A program made the position numbers and the translations under genes. The notes below the pieces were generated by a model. The model saw nothing but the letters and a program-made list of their open reading frames with translations. It did no database searches and had not been told where the DNA came from. Below are positions 51,602 through 64,000 of a DNA stretch of 64,000 nucleotides, piece after piece. The DNA comes from Octopus vulgaris (Eukaryota). Each line of letters starts with the position of its first letter. The first letter of the stretch is position 1. The DNA is taken from contig OX597838.1 in NCBI GenBank assembly GCA_951406725.2, forward strand, positions 26,102,001 through 26,166,000, read 5' to 3'.

Positions 51602-51635
51602 TATTATTATTATTATTGTTGTTGTTGTTGTTATC
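50673..51635. repeat. Compound (CAT)/(CTT/CCT)/(GGT) trinucleotide field
   Basis: Direct. Confidence 0.9.
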
Positions 51636-51868
51636 AAAAGACAAGATAACCGATTCCATTTTGCAAGAATGTGATATATTTTGATAACTTTTGTTAGGAA
51701 ACCTATTACCAGAAGCTGAGGATTCTAACGCCGTCTTCTTTCGACTCGAACAAACTGGCAGCAGCAGCAGCAGCGGCAGCGGTGTCTGTGCATGTGTGAT
51801 GTGATGGATATTGAGTTCTGCACAAATATATACACAAACACACACATACACAAATGTATACACACACC

Positions 51869-51916
<48 letters not shown>

Positions 51917-52017
51917 AACGCAGTGCAATATAACCCAAACAGATTGGCATGCCTGCGGACACATTTTCTTAGGCAGACACACGTAACATCGAAAAATATA
52001 TATACATACATATGTGT

Positions 52018-52077
<60 letters not shown>

Positions 52078-52134
52078 GTGCGTGTTTGTGTGTGTATGCA
52101 TGTTTATATGTGTTTCTATACATAAGTATATTAT

Positions 52135-52179
<45 letters not shown>

Positions 52180-52242
52180 TGTGCGTGTTTGTGTGTGTAT
52201 GCATGTTTATATGTGTTTCTATACATAAGTATATTATATACT

Positions 52243-52297
<55 letters not shown>

Positions 52298-52400
52298 TTA
52301 AATGTATATGTAAATACACACACACACACACATATATATACTCAAATATATATGTATATATATATATGTGTTTCTATACATACGTATATTTTATGCATAC

Positions 52401-52433
<33 letters not shown>

Positions 52434-52769
52434 CTTACATAAATATACAAATACATGTATATATTCATACACACACACACACACATATACACATATATAT
52501 GCATATACGTACGCACACACACTCGCACGCGCACGCACATTGTAAAGGTAGGGTTAGAATTATGTACAATTTGTACTTGAGGGCCCGTGTGATGATTATT
52601 GTGATAAAGGGAAATGCATTAACATAGCGAACGCATAATAACAACTCAAAAAGTTGTTATTATTGTTCTTCTTCTTCTTATTATTAATCAAAATACTATC
52701 ATCATCATCATCATCATCATACGCATCACCGTAGACATCCTCACTAGAAAGTCACTTCGTTAACAAATA

Positions 52770-52821
<52 letters not shown>

Positions 52822-52874
52822 CACACATACATTTATATATATTATATATATATGTGTACATACTTACGTGTATA

Positions 52875-52910
<36 letters not shown>

Positions 52911-52989
52911 TGCACACATATTTTCACTCATATATATATGCATATATATATACATATACGCAGAGTAATAATAATAATGGCAATAACAA

Positions 52990-53020
<31 letters not shown>

Positions 53021-53149
53021 GGGATCCTTATAAGGTATCGAGGTATATTAGTTGTGCAAGCCGGTATGTATTTGCAGTCTGTTGAAGTTATTATTCGCAG
53101 ACTTTTAAATGAAGACACACACACACGTGTGTGTGTATGTATGTACGTA

Positions 53150-53193
<44 letters not shown>

Positions 53194-53431
53194 GTTTCAT
53201 ATATGTATACATATATATAAATACACAAATATATATACATATATGCGTGCATTTATGTATGTGTATGTGCATGTATGAATATATAAATAAATATGTCTGT
53301 ACCTCTGTGTGTATGTGTGTGTTTGTGTGAACTGATTTAATTCTATTTGGAAACAAAAGTTAGAAAAGAAGGATTAGAAGGCTGCGATTCTAATACTAAG
53401 AAGCCGCTTAAAATAAGAAGCTACATATAGC

Positions 53432-53583
53432 ACAGCAATATGGTGCACTCAGCTAGCTTGGTGTGCAGCCGTTTGCATCTGCAGGTTAAGCAGCGCAAGC
53501 AAATACATGCTGAATGCTGAAGCTAGCAGCATGTAAACTGTGTACTAATGTTATGCAAAGTTAGAATGGGCACCATTTACTGT
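53432..53583 (+). other. Imperfect long hairpin in unique sequence
   Basis: acagcaatatggtgc..ctagcttgg..gtgcagccgtttgcat pairs with atgtaaactgtgtac..caaagttag..gcaccatttactgt; several G-U pairs on the plus strand. Confidence 0.7.
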
Positions 53584-53687
53584 ATATCTGCAATCTTCTG
53601 CAAACAAACCATTTTGATATTATATCTTGTACACTATCGAATTGTTTGTTTATATATATATAGATCATTGCAGTCTCGCAGTGAATA

Positions 53688-53727
<40 letters not shown>

Positions 53728-53728
<1 letters not shown>

Positions 53729-54091
53729 GGTGTAGGGGTGGCTGTGTGGTAAGTAGCTTGCTTACAAACCACATGGTTCCGGGTTCAGTCCCACTGCGTG
53801 GCACCTTGGGCAAATGTCTTCTTGCCTTGTGAGTGGGTTTGGTAAACGGAAACTGAAAGAAGCCCGTCGTATATATGTATATATATATATGTGCATGTGT
53901 GTGTGTATCTTTATGTTTCTGTGTTTGTCCCTCCATCACACTGCTGGTGTGTTTACGTCCCCGTAACTTAGCGGTTTGGCAAAAGAGACCGATGGAATAA
54001 GTACTAGGCTTACAAAGAATAAGTCCTGGGGTCGATTTGCTCGACTAAAAGGCGGTGCTCCAGTATGGCCAGTCAAATGACTGAAACAAGT
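53728..54091 (+). mobile_element. SINE family D
   Basis: Homology. Confidence 0.92.
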
Positions 54092-54104
54092 ATATATATA
54101 TAAA

Positions 54105-54322
54105 CAGTAGGGTGGGGAAAAGTTCCTGGCTTTAAGGGTATCACGAAGGGCCTGGCTTGTAGCCCCTGTTTCCGAGTACTTTTACAGGGCTTAGCAAAAC
54201 TGAAGGACCTCTGCAATAACTATGTGAATCTGAGAGGGAAATATGTTAAATAAAATCATAATTAACTGATACGCCAGTATTTTTTTTTTACCCAAAGCTA
54301 GGAACTTTTCAGCACTCCTTTG
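54105..54322 (+). mobile_element. mariner-derived MITE
   Basis: TIRs gaaaagttcctggcttt..gggta / taccc aaagctaggaacttttc; residual transposase end LQGLAKLKDLCNNYVNLRGKYVK*. Confidence 0.8.
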
Positions 54323-54390
54323 TGGATAGCTAGATATGTGTATACACATACAGTCGTATATATCTATCTATACATATATCTATCTATGCA

Positions 54391-54461
<71 letters not shown>

Positions 54462-54554
54462 TTGTTCGACGAAAACCCTTCAAGGCGGTGCCCCAGCATG
54501 TCTGCAGTCGAATGACTGAAACAAGTAGAAGATAAAAGATGAAGATATATACAG

Positions 54555-54818
54555 TGTTGATAGGCCAGTTACTACAGTATTTGTCCCGAGATAACATCTC
54601 CTATGGAATTAATGTGTTAAAAATGCAATAAATATCAAAGCGGGGGAAGTATTCGTCCTAGCAGTGGCCAGCGAAAGCGCTAGGTTCATTTCGTCCTTTT
54701 TGAAGCCTTGTCAGGGCTGCGTAAAATCGTCCCTCTCTGATATTTATTGCTTTAAACACAGCGAGCCTATAACACATGTTTTCTCAGGACAAATAATGCT
54801 GTAACCAGCCTACCGACA
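54555..54818. repeat. Diverged fold-back element with HHR-like core in its loop
   Basis: Two pairs of arms match; loop minus strand reads CTGACAA ggcttcaaaaaggac GAAA. Confidence 0.8.
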
Positions 54819-55216
54819 ATATGCATACATTAAATAAGGTACATGGATTGCTATTTTAGTAATATATTTCTGAAAAAAGCTGAAGAAAATCAATAACTTA
54901 CATATAATAAGTTTGTTAGGATCATTCGTCTCTTGTATTTGGGAAAAAAACGCAGTCAAAGATTTCAAGTGAAAAATCATTGTATATTGTTTAGCAAATC
55001 AGCGTTCGATAAAGCAATACTATCATTGATCACACAGCAGTAGTTTTTTTTTTTTTCGGTTCACGAGCAGGCTGTTCCGTTGATCGTATCAACTGGAATA
55101 TTCGCATATGTATATGCATGTATGTATGTATGTATGTATGTATGTATGTATGTATGTATGTATGTATGTATGTATGTATGTATGCATGTATGTATGTATG
55201 TGTGTGTGTGTATAGA

Positions 55217-55593
55217 CGCAAGCGTAGCTTCTTAACCACATGAGTCTGGGTTCAGTCCCACTGCGTGGCTTCTTGGGCAAGTGTCTTCTGCTATAGCCTC
55301 GAGCCGACCAAAGCCTTGTGAGTGGATTTGGTAGATTTAACCTGAAAGAAGCCCGTCGTATATATGTATATACAATATTTATGTGTGTATGTTGTTGTCT
55401 CTGTTTGTTTCCCCACCATCGCTTGGCAACTGATGTGGGTGTGTTTACGTCCCTGTAATTTTGCAGTTCGGCAAAAGAGATCGATAGCATAAGTACCAGG
55501 GTTACAAATAATAAGTCCGGGGTTGCTTTGTTCAACTAAAACCCTTTAAGGACGGTATTCCACCATGGCTACAGTCAAATGGCTAAAGCAAAA

Positions 55594-55647
<54 letters not shown>

Positions 55648-55805
55648 CTTCCACACTCTTTCTATCTACCAAACCCACTCACAAGGTTTCGATCGGTCCG
55701 AGGTTATGATAGAAGACACTTGTTGCCGAAGGTGCCGTGCTGTCGGCTTGAGCCTGAAACCATACGGATGCGAAGCGAGCTTCTTAAGCCACACAGCCAT
55801 GCATG
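55217..55805. mobile_element. Inverted pair of SINE D copies (55217-55595 +, 55645-55805 -) around (TA)n
   Basis: Homology. Confidence 0.85.
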
Positions 55806-56406
55806 TACCTATGAGAGCAACTCTTCTAAATCTATTTACAAACCACAAAACGCTGGTGCTAATTTACCTTGTACCTTTATTTCAGCTGCATGTTTAATTA
55901 TATTTCGTGCATAGCGGAACCTTTGCCGATTTTCGAATAGTAATAAGCATATCTATGGCGTTTATTACATCAAATTTTTACACTGAGAAAACAGTAGAGC
56001 TCTTCCTGTTTGCAGTGTAAGCATTTCCGGGACGAATATCTTTTTTTGTTGTTGTTGTTTTCTTGTTCTTATTTTGATTGCGGGTGATTTAATATAAAAC
56101 TACACTAGCAGCTGTATTTCATTATTTACAAGCCACCAAATTACTGCAGGACATTTTTTCGCACGTCGATAGTTAAAAGTAAATTGACTGACGAGTGATC
56201 GGATCACATGCAACGAATCGACTTCCATTTTCGCTGCCCACCCCCACCACCAAAAAAAGACAAAAAATGAAAAATAAAAAGTAAAAACAAAGAAAAATAG
56301 AAACAATTTACCTTAAATCAAATTTAGGGGAGTAATAAATGAAAAATAGCATTAATTTATAAATCACATTCACTCGAAGTTGTGTTATTAAAATTAATGG
56401 AGACTT

Positions 56407-56450
<44 letters not shown>

Positions 56451-56689
56451 CCACCGGTTATCATTTAGGCTTAAACACAAGGCTAGTAGTACCTCTTTAT
56501 CTAGAAAAATTTGGGAGCTTAAGGACAATAATATCTTCTTCTTCTTCTTCTTCTTCTTCTTCTTCTTCTTCTTCTTCTTCTTCTTCTTCTTCTTCTTCTT
56601 CTTCTTCTTCTTCTCCTTCTTCTTCTTCTTCTTCTATATATATATATATAAATATGTATGTATGTATATTAGTATACGTACGCGCGCGC

Positions 56690-56763
<74 letters not shown>

Positions 56764-56994
56764 CTGTGTGCGTATATTGGTATAGAATTGTGTGTGTGTG
56801 CTCGTGTATGCATATGTTGTTGGTCCAGTTTCACCCTTCAGTCTACTGATCTGATCCTCTCAGGGCTAAACAACTTTGTCACTATGAGCTCACGAAAAGA
56901 TGATGGGAAACAGAAGCGAAAAATAAAAATGAGTTAAGACGAACAGTGAAGAGAGAAGAAGGCGAAAGTGGAGGAAGAAGCGAACTGGGGTTGA

Positions 56995-57400
56995 TAATGA
57001 TGACGACGACGACGACGACGACGATGATGATGATGATGATGATGACGACGGGACGACGATGACGATGATGATGACGGGGACCACGACGATGATGATATTG
57101 ATGATGATGGTAATGATGATAATGATGTTGATAATGACGACGACGACGATGATAATAATGATGACGGGGAACGACGATAATGATGATGATGATGATGACG
57201 GAAGGGACGAGGATGGCGGTGATGATGACGATGATGGTGATGACGGACGACGACGACGATGATGATGATATTGATAATGGTTGTGTTGTTGATGATAATG
57301 ATGGTGGTGGTGGTGGTGATGGTGGTGGAGGTAATCGCAGCGATAGCGATGATGATGATGATGATGATGATGATAATGACGACAACTTCGATGATGGCGG
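56995..57400. repeat. (GAT)/(GAC)/(GGT) trinucleotide field
   Basis: Direct. Confidence 0.93.
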
Positions 57401-57605
57401 CGGTGAAAAGGCGACCAATAGGAAAAAAGTGAAGGAATGATGTGGAGGGAAGAAGAGGTGGAAACAAGACGCAGTAATCCTCAATCAAACATACCTTTGT
57501 CCTCCTACAAAGACGTGAAACCTGACAAATTAACATCTGAACTGATTAATCTCCGTGAAATTTACGTAAAGACACACACATACACGCGCACGTGCACACA
57601 CACAC

Positions 57606-57645
<40 letters not shown>

Positions 57646-58154
57646 ATACACACTCATAATAAATGTGTGTAAATATACATACACATTATGTCTGAACCTG
57701 AGATGAAAATTTATCAATTTTTTTTTACACTGATACATTCCTCCAGGATCGACTTTGCCTTTCATCCTTTCGGAGTTGATAAAATATATACCAGTTGTGT
57801 ACTGGGGTCGATGCAATCGGCTTAACTCGTTCTCGTAAAAATTGCTGGTCCTGCGCCAAAATTTTGGAAGCACCAACGGGAATATTTCTTATTGAAACAT
57901 TTCCACTTTCTATTCAGATGCAAGTATTCGTTGACCATTTAAATTCGCTGGAACTTTCTGGTGCTGAGCCAAATTTGAAACCAATATTATTACACTGATA
58001 GAATATAAATTGCACTGAGATCGACGTTACCTTTCGTCATTTCGGGATCGATAAAATAAGTACCAGTTGAGCATTCGCCACGAATTGTTGGCCGCGTGCC
58101 CAAATTTGAAACTATTTTTATTACTGTCATGTCAGGGGCATCTTAGTTGTTATT

Positions 58155-58200
58155 GACATAATGTTTCGGTCGTTGTACTCTCCGACCTCCTTCAGGTGTC
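58155..58200 (-). ncRNA. Minimal type-I hammerhead motif
   Basis: gacac CTGAAGG A GGTCG gagagtacaa CGACC GAAA CA TT atgtc; perfect stem II, near-perfect stem I. Confidence 0.8.
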
Positions 58201-58355
58201 TCTCCTTTTTGGCCTTGTTCTCGGAATTTGGAAACGGTGGTTTTTATTACATTGTGTATTCCAGGGAAATCTTCATTAGTTAATCTTTTTTGGTTGGTCC
58301 CTTGCGTTTAAACCAATATCTGTGTGTATGTGCGTGTGTGTGTTTGTCTGTGCGA

Positions 58356-58426
<71 letters not shown>

Positions 58427-58499
58427 AACATGTATATCGTAGGGAAGAAGTTTTTATTTCGATTAATTATCTCAAGCCCTGTTTAGACGGACGGAGTAT

Positions 58500-58896
58500 T
58501 CTTTTCCACTCTTGGCACAAGGCCTGAAATTTTGGTGGAGGGGACCAGTCGATTAAATCGACCCCTGTGCGTAACTGGTACTTAATTTATCAACCCCGAA
58601 AGGATGAAAGACAAAGTCGACCTCGACGGAATTTGAACTCAGAACATAACGGCAGACGAAATACCTATTTCTTTACTACTCACAAGGGGCTAAACACAGA
58701 AGGGACAACAAGAACAGACAAACGGATTAAGTCGATTATATCGGCCCCAGTGCGTAACTGGTACTTATTTTATCGACCCCGAAAGGATGAAAGGCAAATT
58801 TGACCTTGGCGGAATTTGAACTCAGAACGTAACTGCAGACGAAATGCCGCTAAGCATTTCGCCCGGCATGCTAACGTTTCTGCCTGCTCGCCGCCT
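58500..58896 (-). mobile_element. SINE family B dimer
   Basis: Same architecture as 6198-6597; flanked by a tagacgga..g/aatatt duplication. Confidence 0.92.
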
Positions 58897-59085
58897 TAGA
58901 CGGAGAGAATATTGATTCTTTATTACCCACAAGGGGCTTGTACGGAGAGAATATTAAAGAACTGAGAGAACAGATTGACATTTATATTTCGTTTATCTGC
59001 CTGATTGTTCGACACGCCCATGAAGTGGTGAAAATTGATCTTGCATTACGATTTAATTTCATAATTTGAGTGTTAATCAAATTAT

Positions 59086-59182
59086 AATGTCTGATGGTGT
59101 GATTGAACTCTAAATTTATTGCATAGCCTTTGTATGTAATATGAAATAAATTGCGGTCATTCACCGAAACGTACGTAACATT
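59086..59182 (+). ncRNA. Type-I hammerhead motif with long stem II
   Basis: aatgt CTGATG gtgtgattg..aatttatt//aaataaatt..cggtcattcacc GAAA CGTACG TA acatt; stem I aatgt/acatt perfect. Confidence 0.8.
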
Positions 59183-59438
59183 GATCTGGCTACTTTTTCT
59201 CAATTAAAATCAATAATATTTACTCTGTGAGGATTACAGCGTACATATTGGATAGACGAAGTGATTCTTGTATAATTAACGAAGTACAACCAACCATGCT
59301 TTGTTTAACCAAAAGTGTAACATTTACACTGCTATTCGAAAACTATACTAGCCAGATTCCTGTATTGAGTACTGTTGTGGTCATCACTTGGATTTTCCGT
59401 ACCCTCTCAATTATTTTGTTTATATATGTATATATATG

Positions 59439-59501
<63 letters not shown>

Positions 59502-59752
59502 ACATATATGTGTGTATATATATATATATAAAACAATGCGAAGCGCATTGTGACCAGCGATGTGTAGCAACATCTGATAGCCTAGAGTCGTTCTTTGTGT
59601 TTGTCTTGTTTTCCATTTTTTCGTTGCTCGCAAAAAAAGGTCATATTCCATGTTCTCGTACTTCGTGTCTTTGCTGTTTACGTCCCGTGCTGACATATGC
59701 ATATGTATATACGTATACATGTAAGTATGTACGTATATGTATGTATATATAT

Positions 59753-60192
<440 letters not shown>

Positions 60193-60556
60193 ATGGAACT
60201 CTCTTACGCTCCTTGCACTTCAATCTACTATGGTTTTTATAAAATGAACTATTTTGATATATTTTTTTATATATTTTTAATTGAGGGGAGTAAAAACTTC
60301 TTTTGGTGGGGGTGTGGATTGATATTTTTTTTAGTTTGTAGGCTCTTGACACGCTTTAGTAATTCATTTTAATTATTTATTTTTAGTCGATTTACCTATA
60401 CCTTTTCTTGATAGGCCTTTCTATATATTTTGTAATTTTATGTGCATCTATATTTTTTACCGTCTGTGCTTTTATATATGTATTCCTTGGTAATGTTTAT
60501 ATATGATCAAATGTATGGAAGCGTGCTGTTATATAAAGTCGTTGACTCTAATCAAT

Positions 60557-60595
<39 letters not shown>

Positions 60596-60899
60596 TTATT
60601 TGAGGGAATAAAATCCAAATACGTGTCGTTTTTCTACCTATTATATACATTATATTAATTCTTTTAATTTACTTAATCTTTACTTTTTAATTGTTATTTT
60701 AATTTTAACTTTTCTATTATATGTAATTTTCTAGATGGTGTAATTTAATTATTCATTTTGAATTGATAAAAGGTGGGTTTTTTCTAATATTTTATATATA
60801 TATATATATCTTTTTTTTGGGAAAAACATAAATCCGGAGAAGAAACACACTCTAAGAAGTTGAACAGTCTATATTAATAACTGGTGAAGGCCGGTTAAT

Positions 60900-60957
60900 A
60901 GGGTTGCTCACGGTTTCTCACCATAAAGGGTACCTTTATGGCTTTTCTTCAGACTCT
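60900..60957 (-). ncRNA. Degenerate hammerhead motif
   Basis: agagt CTGAAGA aaa gccataaagg tac cctttatggt ga GAAA ccgtgag ca accct; perfect inner stem II. Confidence 0.6.
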
Positions 60958-61027
60958 AAGACTCGTTTGTCTATGACCTCTTTAAAGAGGCCATGTAACC
61001 CTATGAACCGACCTTTGCCAGTAATTT

Positions 61028-61153
61028 TTGTATGTATACATATATACAGGCGCAGGAGTGGCACCTTGGGCAAGTGTCTTCTACTATAGCCTCAGGCCGA
61101 CCAAAGCCTTGTGAGTGGATTTGGTAGACGGAAACTGAAAGAAACCTGTCGTA

Positions 61154-61221
<68 letters not shown>

Positions 61222-61432
61222 TTTGTGTGTCTGTGTTTGTCCCCCTAGCATTGCTTGACAACCGATGCTGGTGTGTTTATGTCCCCGTTACTTAGCGGTT
61301 CGGCAAAAGAGACCGATAGAATAAGTAATGGGCTTACAAAAGAATAAGTCCCGGGGTCAAGTTGCTCGATTAAAGGCGGTGCTCCAGCATGACCGCAGTC
61401 AAATAACTGAAACAAGTAAAAGAGAGTAAAGA
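61028..61432 (+). mobile_element. SINE family D with head deletion
   Basis: Homology. Confidence 0.9.
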
Positions 61433-61499
61433 GTATATATGTGTGTATGTATGTATATACATATATATAATGCTGCTGGTAACATGTAGCCCAGTACAA

Positions 61500-61995
61500 C
61501 TTACCGCATGATCGAGCCGTCGGTGACGTAAGAAGCAACCCTTCCAAGTCGCTTTATAATGGGAGTGTTTTACGTTGGACATCCTGCAGGACTCAGAGAG
61601 CGAATGAAGTCAGTAGAGTCAACGGCCATCCGACAACTGGGAGAGAGGAACGCCTAGTCATTACGCATATTTCGTGAAGAAAGAAAACTCTGATGTAACG
61701 TCTGCGACCTCGTTTAGATCCAACAATGTTGACCAGTTCTGTTCTTTGGTTTGGACAATTGCATGCGTTGCTTAGAGCGTGAGACAGGTCCTGTGTAAAG
61801 CCTTTCTGCTCTTTAAAAAGCTACTCAAGCTCAGGCATTGCTTGATTTTTGATATCTCTCTTATGCCTTGCATGCTATGGCTAGCCATGGGTGTTGATGC
61901 TAACTCTCTGAACTACTACTGCAAGAGGCGCCCATCGTTGTCACATTGGATTGAAAGACCCGTTTGGAGAGAAAACGTCGAAGTTTTCTCAACCT
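61500..61995 (+). mobile_element. Possible RTE-type LINE 5' relic
   Basis: gaagaaagaaaactctgat..ctgcgacctcg resembles a recalled RTE 5' region motif; no ORF support. Confidence 0.25.
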
Positions 61996-62547
61996 AATAT
62001 TTACATGGTATTGTTTATCGCTTTATGTGTGCTTCGAGAGTCACAATTCCAATAAGTTAAATGAACTATTTTACATTCTCTTGAAAGTTTATAAAATTCT
62101 TATGACATCAACAATACATATATATATACTATATAAATATATACAAATGCGCGTGTATGTGTGTGGTGTGAGTATGTGTATGCGTGGAGGGGGGGGGGGC
62201 GTATGTGCGTTTAAACTGTTTGACTCTGACAGTTATAACAGAACAAATGAAATTCGTCCAGGAACATTTTACTTTTAAGACGAACGTCTACTGTGCGGAC
62301 AATGACTTTTTACATACATAATTGTGTGTATGCGTGTGTGTGTGTGCATGCGCGCGAGAGAGAGTATATGGAAGAATGTGTGTGTGTGTGTGTGTGTGTG
62401 TACACTTGTCATAGAAATCTATAGAATATTCTAAAAAGAAACGTTAGTGTCATATTATGACAGCACATAAATTTGAGATCTCACACGTGGTCGGTTGATG
62501 GTATATGGTCACAGATTTATGTGTGAGCGAGTGTGCCTATATATATG

Positions 62548-62603
<56 letters not shown>

Positions 62604-62617
62604 CATACATACATACA

Positions 62618-62653
<36 letters not shown>

Positions 62654-63449
62654 TGTGTGTGTGTGTGTGTTTATATGTATGTATATACAGAGACAGAATT
62701 ATGTGCGTTTGACAAGCTTTTTCAAGATAGTGGTCTGTTTGATTGTCTATGTTTATCAATATGCGTACGCATGTGTAAGCATGTATGGTCGCTTATATGC
62801 ATACATGCATGCAGGTATGTATGCATATGCATGTGTCTATCTATATATGTATGTATGTATGCATATGCACACGCATACACATACATATATATTCATGCAT
62901 ACATACACACAAACACACACACATATATATATATATACATATACACTTATGTATGTGTGTTTGAGTGTGTATATGTATGTACATATAAATATGTGTGTGG
63001 ATGCAGTTATTTGTCTACGTGTATATATATATGCATGTATATATATATGCAATTGATAATGTGCTGCGGTCCTATATATATGTTTGCATGCATGTGTGTT
63101 TGTGTGTGCGTGTGGAGGAGTGTCTAACTGTGTGTGTATGTGCATCATCGGTGTAAAGACAAACTGTTCGTTTGTCTATGCAAAGATTAGTTTATGCCAT
63201 TGATTTTATACGTAACCAAAACGGATTTTTAGATTTCTATGCAAAACTTCACACCTATCATCTCACCTCTGTCTACTTTCAAATTTATGTATTGTCGTCA
63301 CGGGACGTGAATACTTTTTGGTGAGGTTTTTGCCGGATATTCAATCATCGTATAAGCTAAAAGTATAAAGACACCTTTTCAAATGATAACTTTACTTGGA
63401 AAACCTTTATATACGAAATTCGAACCCCCTTCAGTGACTTTCGAAGTGA

Positions 63450-63624
63450 TTTGCTTCCCAAACGCATGGCTCCGGGTTCAGTCCCGCTGCGTGCCACCTT
63501 GAGCAAGTTTCTCCTACTATAGCTTCGGACCGACCAAAGCCTTCTGAGTGGATTGTGGATTTGGTAGACGGAAATTGAAAGAAGCTCGTCGTTTATACAC
63601 ACACACACACACACACACGCACGC

Positions 63625-63673
<49 letters not shown>

Positions 63674-63675
63674 CA

Positions 63676-63708
<33 letters not shown>

Positions 63709-63964
63709 TTATGTATGTATATACATGTCAATATTTATACGTGTGTCTTTGTTTGTCGTCCACACACCGCCATCGCTTGACAACTGATGTTGGTGTGTTT
63801 ATGTCCCTGTAACTCCTGTAACTTAGCGCTTCCGCAAAAGAGACCGATAGAAAAAGTACTAGGTTTGTAAAGAATGAGTCCTGGAGTCCATTTGTTCGAC
63901 TAAAACCCTTGAAGGCGGTGTGCTCCAGCATGACCGCTGTCAAATAACTGAAACAAGTAAAAGA

Positions 63965-63965
<1 letters not shown>
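63450..63965 (+). mobile_element. SINE family D with expanded internal microsatellite
   Basis: Homology. Confidence 0.9.

Positions 63966-64000
<35 letters not shown>

Noticed and set aside
50537-51637. 366-aa acidic ORF (poly-E/K/D) on the minus strand
   Set aside because: The poly-K block is the poly-E/D repeat read out of frame, the ORF runs into a mobile element, and the opposite strand is equally open. This is expected of stop-free trinucleotide repeats.
56187-56215. CTGACGA-gtgat/atcac hairpin
   Set aside because: No GAAA after stem II and no stem I/III. Similar incomplete cores at 11481, 26956, 45824 and 48912 were also not called.

Overview
AT-rich, microsatellite-saturated eukaryotic DNA with no intact protein-coding gene that I can support. 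Almost all ORF-track entries are translated simple repeats. The repeat landscape strongly suggests an octopus (coleoid cephalopod) intergenic or intronic region; this is an inference from recalled repeat families, not a database hit. Contents: at least four tRNA-derived SINE families (my labels A-D, dozens of copies, some multimeric or chimeric); a decayed DD37D (maT) transposon; mariner, piggyBac-like and Helitron derivatives; three Tx1/L1-clade LINE relics; a cluster of Dong/R4-type RLE retroelement ends in (TAA)n tracts; and two Penelope-like (PLE) ORF relics. Not visible in the ORF track: about 8-10 minimal type-I hammerhead ribozyme (HHR) motifs of the PLE pLTR type, several fold-back hairpins next to microsatellites, and a tRNA-headed element whose tail is a PLE-type HHR module with an inverted copy at its 5' end (candidate Penelope-mobilised, ribozyme-bearing SINE). 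All alignments, translations and folds were done by eye, so boundaries are approximate.
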